DNA from: Sphyrna mokarran
Lineage: Eukaryota
Reading direction: 5' to 3'
DNA: 64,000 nt
Assembly (NCBI GenBank): GCA_024679065.1
Contig: JAGIQG010000002.1
Coordinates: 96,348,001-96,412,000, forward strand
Shown here: in pieces, positions 39,362 through 52,130 of the stretch
How the letters are laid out: every line of letters begins with the position of its first letter
Position numbering within the stretch: position 1 is the first letter of the stretch
The notes under the pieces: generated by a model
The model's database searches: none
Seen by the model: only the letters and a program-made list of their open reading frames with translations
Told to the model about the DNA's origin: nothing
Made by a program: the position numbers and the translations under genes

Positions 39362-41911
39362 TTAATTTCACTTTTTTAACAAAACACATGAACAGAAACC
39401 TGGAAGGAGAGCATTCCAAACAGGTTGATCCATGATGCTTAATTTTGTGATCAGTTACATCTTGGATAAGATTAATTGTTGAAGCAAGGAATCTCTAAAA
39501 GACCCAGCAGCAAAAAAATTGTTGAAAATGAGGTTAAAGCATTTGCAAGTCTCTACAGGCAATTAGGGAGAAAGAACCAGCATCTATAAAGGTCAATAAA
39601 ACAGTATTAAACAGCAAAAGAAATTGGAACAGCTTTGGAACTCTCAAGGAAGACTGAGAAAAAAGAGACACATTTTCATTTACAAGGTACAAACTATCCC
39701 CACAAAAACATCCAAAGACAGGTTCCAAAAGGATTTCTTTCTTTTTGTAATCATTGTGGTGTTGACCAGCCTCATCTAACAGCTTAATTGAGTTATGTTC
39801 ATTTGCACTGTTTAGTTTTCTGCATACCACAGAAGAAATGAAGGATATCAAAGAATGTTCTTTAGAAGGCTGTTGGAAAATTTTGGCCTCATAATTGGTA
39901 ATATTGATCTGTCTGACAAGGCACTTGAAATTCGTACAGACATTGACATTTTTCCAGTAAAGCTTTCCTCATCACCTATTGATAATGTCTGATTATATTT
40001 CTAAAGAAAGACTTCTAGACCTTTATTCTAACCTCTGTATTATATTCAGATTGCTGCTAATGATGCCTGTGACAGTTTCACCAGGCAAAAGAAGCTTGTC
40101 TTGACTGAAATTGATAAAGAATTATTTAAATCGCCTACTTTGCAAAAGCATCTAAGTGACTAGGCAGAGATCTCAAATGAATTTTGTGGTTATTCAGATA
40201 TTATAGAAAATTCCACATAGCTAAATCACAAACACCCATTCCTGCAGCTCATGTACTAAAATATCATTGATGTCCCAAGACTAATCTGTTCATCTATTGT
40301 TTCTCTTAGTTCAATTATTTTTACATTATCTATTGCAATTTTTCACCATCAAATATGTTTTGATTTGACACCACTGTCAGTAGTTGCTGTCGGTAGGCAC
40401 TATTGACACAATATATCCGTCTACAGTTCGTACTTTAAGAAGATAATTGATGCCATCTTTGAAAACATTTTCATAACTTTTCCCATGGATTTTTAGAAGC
40501 AATAGAATAGTACTTTGTCTAGATTGCTGGCTTTCCCCATGCACAGACCTTATTGATTGCACTCACATCACCCACTTAAACATTGTTAGCCAACCCTGTA
40601 GCTTTAAAGACTCATAAGGACTTCCATTGCATTGACCTGCAGCTGTTGTGTAGTCACCATCAGCATACCATGCAAATCTGTGCCTGTTTTCCTGGTAGTT
40701 GCTATAGCAGTATTATATTGCACTAATCCACCACCTCTTCTATTTAACCCTGCACAAATTTTTTGCAGTCAAGTATCCCGCATTTGAGGACATCGCTGGC
40801 GTCAGCACACTTGGAGTGCAATGGGGTAGCCTCGTCCTGGGTGAACCATCTGCTTGATCATGGTTTCACCCCTGCCAGGTAAGTACAATAAATAAAAAAC
40901 TGGCAGTTTGATGACAAGAGCTATCCCCTCACATTCAGCACGTAAGTCCTTGAAGAATCCAAGTATCCTACAATTAGATCCACAAGTCAATCAGAATCTT
41001 AATTGAGCATACCATTCCTCAAATTCTTAACTTATGATTCCAGTGGCTGGACAGGTCTTCCTGCAATACATAGTGTCCCATATAACACAAGCTTCCTTTT
41101 GCTTGTTATAATTTTTGCTCTGCAAGAGGGACAACAAATGGAACCACCACTGAACAAGTATGTTATGATAATGAGACCGACAACACTGATGACATCGGAT
41201 GTTGATGAAGTAAGAGGTTCTGTTAGGTGTTTACAGCTGAGGCTGTGTGGCAGCTGTGCATTGAAAAATGCTTCAGCTGAACAATTCATTGTTTTCTGCA
41301 TTGCAATTGGCTCTAACATCTCTCTTAGTCATTCTGCCCTTGAATAAATTGCTTCTTCTCAAAGACTATATTAATATTCAGAACTGCCAATATTATAGGA
41401 TCCTTACCTACCAGAGGGACACAAAAATATTTTGAAAAATCAGCATTTTATTGGTTTGTGCAAATACATGAATATAGTTATCATCTTGATATAAAGTCAT
41501 TGTGTCCATCTCAAGTACTTTCTTTATGTTTGGTGTTGCTGCTCTCAAGTGGTTTCATCATGAGAACAGGGAAGCTCAGTCAAGGGCCAAATATTGGTGA
41601 ATATTTGTCATCAACAACCTCTAAAAAACTTGGACATGGCAGCAGATCTTAGCCACTCAGCAGCAATCCTGGTACAAGGGCAGGAGTGGTTGAGGACAGT
41701 AGAGATGCTGCCATCCTGAGAGTTGTTCTGCTCCTGGACTATGGCTCAGCATTCCCATTGATCTTCTGGTCAGCCCATTGTTGGCACATGTAATCCAAAC
41801 AATGTCCTTATCCAAGGCCAAAAAGATGCCAAAAAAGCCAAGACCAGTGTGGTATCAATATGAACATCTTTGAAAGATGTTACAGCAAGGACAATCTGAG
41901 GTGACAACATG

Positions 41912-42920
41912 CTTCTTGTGGGGTTCCACAAGGATCTATGTTAGGACTCCAACTTTTCACATCATTTATTAATGATTTGGAAGAGGGAACTAAATGTATT
42001 ATCTCCAAAGTTGCCAATGATACAAAGTTGGGTGGAGGAGGGGATAAGTCCAAGGAAGATGAGGAGTTGCTTCTGTGTGATTTGGACAGGCTGAGTGTGT
42101 GGGCATCTCATAGCAGATGCAGTGTGAATTGGCTAAACGTGAGGTTATCCACTTTGGTAGCAATAATAGGAAGACAGATTATTACTTGAATTATGTGTAA
42201 ATTGAGAGAAGAGAATACTCAATGAGACTTTGGAGTTGTCGTGCATCAGTCACTGAAAGAAAGTGCACAAGTCCAGCAGGTAGTAAAGAAGGCAAATGGC
42301 ATGTAAGCCTTCATGGCAAGAGGATTTGAATATAGGAATGAGGATGTTTTGCTGCACTTGTATAGGGCGTTGTTGAGGCAGAGTATTCTGCAGTTTTTGT
42401 GTCCTTATCTGAGGAAGAATGTCCTTACTAATAGAGGGAATACAGCGAAGATTTATGAAGCTGATTCCTGGGATGGCAGGTCTGTCATATAAGGAGATAC
42501 TAAGTCCATTAGGATTATATTCAATGGAGTTTAGAAGAATGAGAGGGGATCTCATAGAAGCTTGTAAAATTCTAACAGAGTTAGACAAGGTAGATTCAGA
42601 ACGAATGTTCCTAATGGTGGGGAAGTCCAGAACTAGGAGTCATAGCTTGATGATAAGGGGTAAACCTTTTAAAACTGAGGTGAGGAGAAATTTCTTCACA
42701 TGGAGGTAGTGAATGTGTGGAATTCACTACCACCGAATGTAGTTGAGGCCAAAACACTATCTGATTTCAAGAAGAAATTAGATATAGCTATTGGAGCTAA
42801 AGGGATCAAGGAAAATGGAGAGAGATCAGGATGTTGAATTTGATGATCAGCTATGATCAAAATGAATGATAGAACAGTCTCAAAGGGTTGAATGGGCTAT
42901 TCCTGCTTCTAGTTCCTGTG
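41912..42920 (+). mobile_element. CR1 LINE, 5'-truncated (RT C-terminal half and 3' UTR)
   Basis: GVPQGSMLGLQLFTSFINDLEEG...ISKVANDTKLGG; IEGIQRRFMKLIPGM...RRMRGDLIEACKI; CR1 3' tail. Confidence 0.92.
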
Positions 42921-44398
42921 TTGTGGACTGCAGCATGATGGTCCCATGCTCAATTTGGCCGTGGATTTCTCCATAATCTCTGACATGTGAAAGGGGTTTT
43001 TTGACAGGAGACCCAATACATTCAACATTTGTACTTTCCATTTAAATGCAGGGTCCTTAAAATTTGTATCTTTATCATCTGCAGCAGGGACTCTGCCCAC
43101 ATCCAATACAGACTTTATAACTCACTGCAGGCTGCTGATAGTGGTATTAATATTGGATGCTAAGAGCAAGGTGACAAGTGCGCCTTTAAGTGGCTTGTGT
43201 CCCTCACCTTAAGGATCTGATGTTCGGGGGAATGTGGGGTGGGGGAGGTGCGGGCATTGACTGTATTGGTGGGGGTTGGAGAAAGGGGTCCAATGTTCAA
43301 GGGTAAAATGCTGGCATTGACTCTCTGGATGGGGGGTGTGGTCAGGAGAAGGTTGGGGAGGTGCTGGCATTCCCTATGTGGGTGGGGAGATGGCTGGTGA
43401 ATGCCGGCTCTGATCATCAAGGGAAATGCTAGCTCTGATTAGGATTGAGGCTGGGATTGGCTGGCTTTCATCAAAGTGGGGTGGCCAGGGTGGGGGGTCT
43501 CTGGGACCCTTCTGGTGAGAAAAAACCTGGGTGAGAGGTTTTTTTGGTTTGACTGGAGCACGCTTGAAATATAGCTCTCTCATCTCAGTGCAGCTTTGCT
43601 GGCATGTTGAGGCTCTGCACCCTGCATGATGGTGTAAATCTTGCCCCACTCTTTTATTGTGACAGAGCATGGTGAAAACTGGAGATAAAACCAATAGGTT
43701 TCTCTGGAGAGAAATACACCATTTTTCTCACTGGAACACTGCCATCTTTTTGGGTAAGACTTCACCTGTGATGTCAGGAGTATAATTGAATGGATTTTGA
43801 GAGATGAAATTGAATGGATTTTGTTAGCCGTAAGAGAGCCAGCAGCTGAGAAAAACAGCAGCAAGTAATTAAAACTATAATCTGTAATTGTGTACAGACA
43901 GTGACTGTTGAGTGAGTCAGTGTAGAATTGAATATTCCAGTATTAGCTCCTATGGAGATGAAGGCAGATATGAAAATCAAATGGAAATTCTTCCTATCTT
44001 AATGGTTTTATCAACAATGACATTATCAATAATCCTGAACAAATAAGAGTAATACCTCTATTATCAGTGCTGGGGAAAGATCGTTACAAGCTGTATTGCA
44101 CCTTAGACCTCACTGAAGAGCAGAGAAGCCAGTCTTGTGACATTTTGGAAATACTGAAGACCCACTTTGTATGCTCCACTAATATGAATTATGAACACTG
44201 TGGAGACGATCTTACCATTTCACCCTGCTGGTGAATGGACAGGGTTAGCCGTAACATCACAAGAAAGTTGAGATATCAGGTTCATGCCCAATTTCTTACT
44301 TCCACGAACTCACCAACACCAAATATTGGGCAAGATTAGCTTCGTGCCAGGAAAATAACTACTGCAAAGTAACTAGTGTCATCATCATCATTGAGAAG

Positions 44399-44610
44399 AT
44401 GAGAAAAGAATTACTGAATTGCACTCATGCAAACCAGGAAGGAATCCAGACCAGTCTGAGGAAGGCAAGAGAAGTGTCTATTAGCCAAATATTTGCAATG
44501 AGATGAACAAGCACATTAGCCAATGCTGTGCTTGTGAGGATAATCAAGCTAAGCAAAGTCAGGAACTGGTCAAACCTCATAACATTCCAGAAAAGACTGG
44601 GGAAAAGAAT
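44399..44610 (+). mobile_element. Ty3/Gypsy integrase zinc-binding region relic
   Basis: MRKELLNCTHANQEGIQTSLRKAREV...ISQCCACE...KPHNIPEK (decayed HHCC); gag-like remnant at about 44060-44200. Confidence 0.7.
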
Positions 44611-45129
44611 GGTTCATATATGATGATTTTTATTACAGACCATGAATGTAAATAATAGTTACAATTTTTTTTCTCAATCTTTTTTCTCTTAAATGAAAAG
44701 GAGATGTTTGAAGATAAGCCTTTATTCAATGTTGCCTTTTGAGTACTGTGCCTTGCCATAGTCTCATGATCTCTGAGGTGACCTTTAGTAAAACAAAGAA
44801 TTGAGGACAGCAATTTTCATAAACTACATGGAATAAGATTCAACCATAAATCTGATTGGACCGCCTTCTGCTAGCCTACCCAACTCTTCCCCAATAAAGC
44901 TACTGCACATATATTAATCCTAATGTCCTTAGAATGCTCTTTTGTCTTTTAATCTACTGCTTCACCATGAATGTTTTGCTGCTCATTTTACTAATTATCT
45001 GCAGTAAACTCACCTTTTGCATATAATAATGAAGTAACGCAGAAATCAGACTTTTTTGATTGTCTTCAAAGTATCTAGAATTCAGGAACAGGATGGGTAT
45101 ATCAGAAAGGGTATGTGTAGTTTGGAGAT

Positions 45130-45465
45130 AGACACAGATGTCTGTCCTGTGCTCACTGAGCTGCATTGGCTCCTGCTTCAAAAATATGTTGATTTTAAAA
45201 TTCTCATCTTTGTTTTCAAATCCCTCCATGGTTCTAAACTTCAGCCCAACTGCCCGAGATCTTATCACATCACAATTTACCTCACTGCATCGTTAGCAAG
45301 CATGTCTTCAGTTGCGTAAGTCGTGGAATTCTCTCTGCTAATTGCTACTCCTTTAAGATGCTCCTTTTACCAAGCTATCCTAATATTTCTGTGTGTTTTG
45401 GTTTCAAATTCTATTGAAATGCCTTGGAATATTTTTGTGTCATAAATGCAAATTGTTGCTATTGT
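45130..45465 (+). mobile_element. L2 LINE 3' end relic
   Basis: PVLTELHWLLLQKYVDFKILIFVFKSLHG (L2 LHWLP...FKIL motif); tail ataaatgcaaattgttg. Confidence 0.75.
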
Positions 45466-45497
45466 TTGAAGCCAGAGCACATAAGAGAGAATTTATA

Positions 45498-45720
45498 AAA
45501 GGTAAAGTCACCATAGTCCCACATGGCCATACGCTGCTCATCCCTTCACAGGTCAGAGTGACTGTAGTGATTTAACGTGAGGGTCACCACACCTCAGACG
45601 AGAGGCAAGGTTGAGAAGATGGACCTTCATGACTAACCTCAGCTGGTATGGGAATTGAACCTGGACTGTTAGCATCACTCTGCATCACAAACCAGCTGCC
45701 CAGCTAACTGACTCCCAGGT
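45498..45720 (-). mobile_element. tRNA-derived SINE with TSD
   Basis: Minus strand tcagttagctgg (A box) and ggttcaattcc (B box); 8-bp TSD aatttata at 45490-45497 and 45721-45728. Confidence 0.8.
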
Positions 45721-46243
45721 AATTTATACAAATGTTGCTACCAATGATGAATTTTACTCAACAGAGTATTAATTCAGAAAATTACCATTATCTCATTTCC
45801 ATATTCATGTAATTAGTGGCAGATTTAGGGAAGACGTAGATATAACCCCTTATTAGTTTTTAAAAATATATTTTAAGAACATCTGGCATATAAATCACTT
45901 GGGTGATTTTGTTTATTAAGTTTGAAATGAAATCAAGCTCAGTTTTCTGCCTGTAGCAACTATGATCTTCACACTATATGAAACAACAGACTAGATGTTA
46001 ATGTGTAGCGACACTGGGAATAGTTGGGTTAATGGGAAACAGTCTAATAGCGCGTGGAAAACCTGGAAATATGGTAAGCATGTCTGTCAGTGACTTTTTA
46101 CTCAGTCCCCTCATCATAATTTTCAATTGGACTGGGTTTCCAGTCCAATTGAGATATGCACCCACATGGCACAATTTCAACTCCAGTGTTTAAAGGGACA
46201 GTCCAAACATGGAAGTTGAAGGAGCTGGAATATCCTATCAGGG

Positions 46244-46702
46244 AACTGTGTGTCGAAATATTTTGGTGCACCTGAGAGACCAATGCCATTCACCCCATTT
46301 TTCTCGCTGAAATGTTTTGGGGGCAATTCTGCCCTATACCTTTAGGAAGCCTCAATCCTGATGCAAAGGATGCTATCCGTTTGTCTAATTATTGAAATCC
46401 TTTTAATTACCACAATAAGCTTTCCTCCTCCTCCTCCCCTCTTTGGAAACTCTCCTTGTCCAGGGTACAAGTTATCTTTTTTTTATTCTCATGTTCACAG
46501 GTAGCAAATACACTGCAGCTGTTGGATCAAATCAGTTTCAGTGGATCCTCATTCTCTGGCATCTCATTGTTTTGTATACTGTTAATCACACCAAACCTAT
46601 TCTGAATTTTTGCCACTCAACGAGTTGGGAATGAATTCTGATGCAAACTGTGCAGATACGCTTCTCCTTCCATTATTGAGCTAGAGTGACTGCAACTCAC
46701 TC
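46244..46702 (+). repeat. Local duplication, copy 1 (of 47862-48312)
   Basis: Colinear direct repeat from aactgtgtgtcgaa to tgcaactcactc, moderately diverged. Confidence 0.92.
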
Positions 46703-46850
46703 TAGGCTGTCTAGGCAGGCAAAGGTTGTGCCTGGCTTCATGGATGCATCCATTAATATCCTGCTGAGGACAGTGATGAGACAGAGGGAGATACCTTTCC
46801 TTAGCAACAAAAGAAGCAAGCCTGCTACTAAAAGAATGTATAAGTGGACT
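46703..46850 (+). pseudogene. Harbinger Myb/SANT N-terminal relic
   Basis: KVVPGFMDASINILLRTVMRQREIPFLSNKRSKP resembles APRFSDAxLExLLxxVxxRRxVLFP. Confidence 0.6.
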
Positions 46851-47861
46851 TTATCGAGGAGGTCAGAAACAAAATTATGATATCACACTCCTGATTCAAT
46901 GGAGAGGGAGACTGGAAAGCTGAGCACCTGTATGCAGCAATGTATTCCCTTCCTCTGTCTTCTCAAGCCTACTCCATCATATGACTCCTCACATCCACTT
47001 AACTTGCAAATATGCCCATTCTTCACTTTGCATTCACTTCCTCACACCCATACCTTTCCAAATGCCATGCCCACTCACTTTCAATCTCATGATAACTCTC
47101 ACTTTTGTTGGGTTTCAGTGGTCTGGTTTCTGATTCCATCAGTCAAGTTTGCAGAAGTATTTTTGTTGCCTAGCAGCCACAGTGTGTTTCCAGGTGCAAG
47201 GAGATCAGGAAGGTTGGACTGTTGTAGAACAAAAGCATCGTAGCAGTTGCCTGGGAATTTTGTGTGCATATCTTATTGTGGTTGCATACCAAATGCACAT
47301 TGGAAGCCTTTGTGACCCATGAATAGTCCTGAGTTGTTCTGGCTGATTAGCATATTTAAAGTTGTATTTAAATATGCATAGCCCATTCACATCTCGGCGC
47401 ATGGAATCTTTTGACCTTTGGCTGCGGTGCCATAATGATGAGAATCAGACTGATCTCTACTCATGCAGACCTAGTGCAATGGTGAGGTTTGGAAGCCATT
47501 GAAGACCCTGGGTGATTGGGGGCATGGCCAGGCTGTATCCACAGGACACCCTGGTGGTGTCCATCAGGCACCTTGGTGGTGCTAGTTGGGCATGTCGGGG
47601 GCTATGATGTAGGGACTTGTGGGATGTCCAGCAGAAACACCCTTCAGGAGGGCCTTTACTACCTGATGTGGGCAACTTGTGTTGGGATGGGGGGAGAAGT
47701 AGAAAGCATGCCACCAATGGTTGGGAGGTCCTAATGTCTATGGGAGTAGGGGGGGGTCTCTCAGTGCGCTGTGAAGTCAGGCAGCCTTGCAAAATGGCGC
47801 TCAATCTTTCTGCAGCTGGTTCACCAACCTCTTTAGGTACTCCCCCATCCTCCAAAGAAGT

Positions 47862-48312
47862 AACTGTGTGTCGAATGATTATGGTGCACCTGAGAGACCA
47901 ATGCTGTTTAACCCATTTTTCTCGCTGAAATAGTCGGGAACAATTCTGCCCCATACCGTTAGGAAGCCTCAATCCTGATTGCAAAGGATGCTATCGATTC
48001 GTCTAATTATTGAAATCCTTTTAATTACCACAGTAAGCTTTCCTCTTCCTTTTCCCCTCTTTGGAAACTCTCCTCGTCCAAAGCACCAGTTATCCTTTTT
48101 TTATCCTCATGTTCACAGTAGCAAATACACTGCAGCTGTTGAATCAAATCAGTTTCAGTGGATCTTCATTCTCTGGGATTCCATTGTTTTACTGTTAATC
48201 ACACCAAACCTATTCTGAATTTTTCACTCAACAAGGTGGGAATGAATTCTGATACAAACTGTCCAGATACACTTCTTCTTCCATTACGAGATGGAGTGTC
48301 TGCAACTCACTC
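47862..48312 (+). repeat. Local duplication, copy 2 (MITE right end plus unique flank)
   Basis: See copy 1; contains the TIR-like end caattctgccc at about 47941-47951. Confidence 0.92.
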
Positions 48313-50509
48313 CAGCTTAATGAATCTGAGACAAAGAGCAAATGGAGACGGGAACTTTGACTTCAAATGTATCTGCTTGGGATAGTCTTACTCATCACTA
48401 CATATACTGCAATTCAGACATATAACGTATTCTGCCATAACTTTAGTCTGAATTTTTTGTAAATTGTTTTCTCTTTCTTGCACAATTCTTGCGCTAAACA
48501 TTAAAACACTGGACAAACTGTTAAAATTTGTATTTGTCGCCTGCTTACATGAACTACAAGTATTGGTGGCAAAAAAGCAACTCCTCCAAATTCCTGCTCC
48601 CTACTTTCGTTTTAAGTCATTTTCCACCTCAATACTTCCCCTTTGCTTTCCTCCTTTAAGATGCTCTTTAAAACATATCTCTTTGCCTAAGTTTTTGTTC
48701 ATTGTGTCTAAAATCTCCTTATGTAGGTTTATGCTATTTCTTTTTAATAATGGTCCCAAGAAGCAAACACCTTGGGGCATTTTGCTACATTGAAGGCAGT
48801 ACAAAAATGCAAGTTGTTGTTCCTACTGTCACATGAAGAATGGCAATTTTATAGACTGCTGCAAAAAAATGTCAAATATATAAAGAAACTAAGTGACCAA
48901 CAGACAGGAAAACAGAAGATTCCACCTCCACTCCCCACCCTGCACCCACCCCCCACCCTCCCTTTAATGGGAGTATTTAGCCAGATGCATTTCCGGAACT
49001 CTGTGTTTCACACAGTCCACCGGGGAATTCATGTCAGTAAGGGAGAGTTGCAGTTCTAATTCACCCGAAAGGCCGGTATCAGTATGCTGAGTGGGCCACT
49101 GCACATGTGTTGATCTCTCAAGTGGGGGTATCAGAGAATGAGCACTGACCACTCCCCCACCATCACCACCCTTCTGATGTCTTCCCCAAACCTCTTCCCC
49201 ATTGTCAATGGTGAGCCTGATACCCATTCATCACCCCCACCTGCCGCTTCCAGGCTAGCGCCGATTGCCAGCCTTCGGGTCAGCCCCAACTACTCACCCC
49301 CATGGCCAGACCCGATTGCCCCTCTCCACCCCCACCAATCCTAATGCAGGGTGTGCAGAGGTTCCCCGGCCGTCACTACTGATTAGCCCACCTCCAGTAG
49401 GCCTCGCCCCCCCCCCCGAGGTCTCATCCTCTTGCTACTGCCCAGAGGATATTGCCAAGATGCCAGACTGGCAATGCCAGACTTGCATGGCCCAAGGGGC
49501 ACTATCCCTGACACTGACCTCCCGGGGGGGCATCAATGGCTGTTGTTCCCACTGGCAAGGGCAACACGCCTGATCTCCATTGCTTTATTTCCCACTGGTG
49601 GGAATTTCTCCCAGCTTGGGAGAAACATTAGCAAGCACAGAGGATATTGTCCCAGGCTCACTAATGTATTAGAATGTCAATTTCAATATGGTAATCAGCC
49701 TTGTACTGTTTTCAGGTGCAAAATTAATTATGCCATTAAAAAAAGGTTGAAGAAAGTTGCAACCTCCACCCGTTGACATTTCCAGGCCTGCTGTGTTACT
49801 CGAGCAGCACAGCAGGCTGGGAAAATCACACACGTGATGTTAAATTGTGTTTAACCTAATGTTACTAGCTTTCCAATGTAAGATAAACCAAACAGAAATA
49901 TATATGGCCACAGTTATCATTCATGATTGGAAGGTTCTTGCCAAAACAGGATTTTTAATTCCATGTATTGCACACAGAGGCTGCTGCCATTATCTCCAAA
50001 TGCATCTTGCACCTTCTTCCCAGGAAAACAATCAGAACCCCCTTAGTCCCTATCAAAATAAATCACCAAGCAAACTGTCAGACTCATTTCAGAACATATT
50101 ACATCTTAAATTTAAAGGCATAATTCCAGACATAAAACAATAGATTCCAGGTGCAGCACCTTTACCACTCTGAACAAAGTTTGGAGAGGGCTATGCCAAT
50201 TGGGATGGACTCTCCACCCTTGTGTACCATCATTGTCTATTCTTGATTACTTGTAAAGGGTGAATCACCAGATAAAAACCACTATCTATCTTATTGGTCC
50301 CGGTGAAGTATGAGTATCCAAGCTGATGTGTATTAAACATGAATCCTGTGATGTCTGCCTTTAAAAGGAATCAGGTCTTCTGAAAGTTTACCATCTGTGA
50401 AGTACATAAACTGTTGCTATAGTTATGAAGGTTATGAAGTTATGAAGATAAAAGATATGAATCAGTACTAGCAAGGTAGGATTATTGCAACTTTTTAAAT
50501 TCTATTATT

Positions 50510-51410
50510 TCACAGGGTGTAGATGTCACTGACTGAGCCACCATTAATGCTCTTGAGAAGGTGGTGGTGAGTCTCATTCTCGAACCATTGCAGTCCTTGT
50601 GGTGGAGGTACTCTCACGCACTGTTGAAAACAGAGTTCCAAGATTTTGACCCAGCCACTGTCAAAAAATGGTGATTTAGATTCAGTCAGGATGCTGTCTT
50701 TGTGATTTTTCCTAAATACTTGCTGTCTTGTTCTTCGAGATGTAGAAGTATGGTTTGAAAGATGCTGCTGAAAGACCCTTGCTGAGTTGCTGATGTGCAT
50801 CTTCTAGATGGTACACACTGTTGGAGCTATGCATTGGTGATGGAGGAAATGAATGTTTAAGATAGTGGGTGAGGTACCAATCAAACAGTTGCTTTGGCTG
50901 GATTGTGTCAAGCATTTTGAGTTTTGTTGGAGCTGCACTCATCCTAACAAGTGCAGAGTATTCCAACACACTTCTGACCTGTGCCTTGTAGATGGTGGAC
51001 AGGCTTTGGGGAGTCAGGAAGTGAGTTACTTGCCACAGGATTCCCAGCCTGTGGCCTGTTCTTGTAGCCATAGTATTTATATGGAAGCATAGAATTGCTA
51101 CAGTGCAAGGAGGCCATCTGGCCCATCTAGTCTGTCTCGACTCTCCAGAGGAGCATTCTACCCAGGCTCTCCCTTCTGCCCCATCCACATAGCCCCACTG
51201 GTTCAATTGTTTCTGGTCAATAGTAAACCACCAGGAGGTTGATAGTAATGGATCCAGTGACAGTAATGCCATCAAATGTCAAGAGGAGATGGCTTAGTCT
51301 CTTTTGTTGGAATGAATATTACCTGGCACATCACGACACAAATGTTAATTGCAATTTGTCAGGGCAATCCAAATTGTTGTCCAGGTCTTGCTGCACAGGG
51401 ACATAAAATG
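50510..51410 (-). mobile_element. CR1/L2-group LINE 3' RT fragment with a nested SINE tail (51088-51196, -)
   Basis: ATRTGHRLGILWQVTHFLTPQSLSTIYKAQVRSVLEYSAL in ORF 50712-51275; the nested piece starts catagaattgctacagtgcaaggaggcc. Confidence 0.8.
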
Positions 51411-51559
51411 ATTCTAATTATGAAGATGATCATATTTCACTCACTTTGAAATCAAATCAACATCTAAGTACCTTATGACACTGATATTTAATTGTGTTGC
51501 ATTAAAACTGAGAGCTTCCTTCTCCCACATCTTCAATGGCCAACAATGTCCAGTGTTTC

Positions 51560-52130
51560 CTCCTCTGTAGTTGTCAGCTGTGAGATCAGTGGACAGTCCA
51601 CTCTGGTTCTCCATCCCATCACCTAATTCAGTGCTCTCTTCTCCTGCAAAGCAAGAAAGAACAGACTTATGAGTGACTGTAATGGCATGTGTTTACCAGA
51701 TGGATGCCATGCATTTAATGTGGATGACTCTCAGAGAGGGGCTAATATTACGTAAGGATGACGATGAGTGGCAGTAATAGATGGAAAAGATGGTGATGGG
51801 TAGAATGCATAGGAATAGAAAGAACGGTGCACATGAAATGGATGTGAGGAATGATATTATGGGGTGACTGACAGACCATAGTGTGTATGGAATAGGTGTG
51901 TTGATGTGCACAGCAAGATGTAAGTGAATATACAACTCACGTTTCATGACATGGTTAGGTCATCAAAATACTAGCTGTACTGAATCCAGGAATACAGCAC
52001 AGTTCTTACTACTGTCTCCCTGTTGTCAACAGTTGTTTTTTTCTTTCTCTGTGTTTTCTTACTGGTCCCAGCAATAAATACTCTGTTCCAACTTCAAATT
52101 CCTCTCACTTCAATCTTTGAATTGGCCTGT
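51560..52130 (-). pseudogene. Harbinger Myb/SANT relic with an intron
   Basis: Minus strand YSWIQYS*YFDDLT..|gtgagt donor at about 51940 (cf. WxQCRKKFNDLT); acceptor tcttgctttgcag at about 51644. Confidence 0.55.

Noticed and set aside
47457-47984. 175-aa ORF
   Set aside because: GC-rich interior of a MITE-like element with no domain signature.
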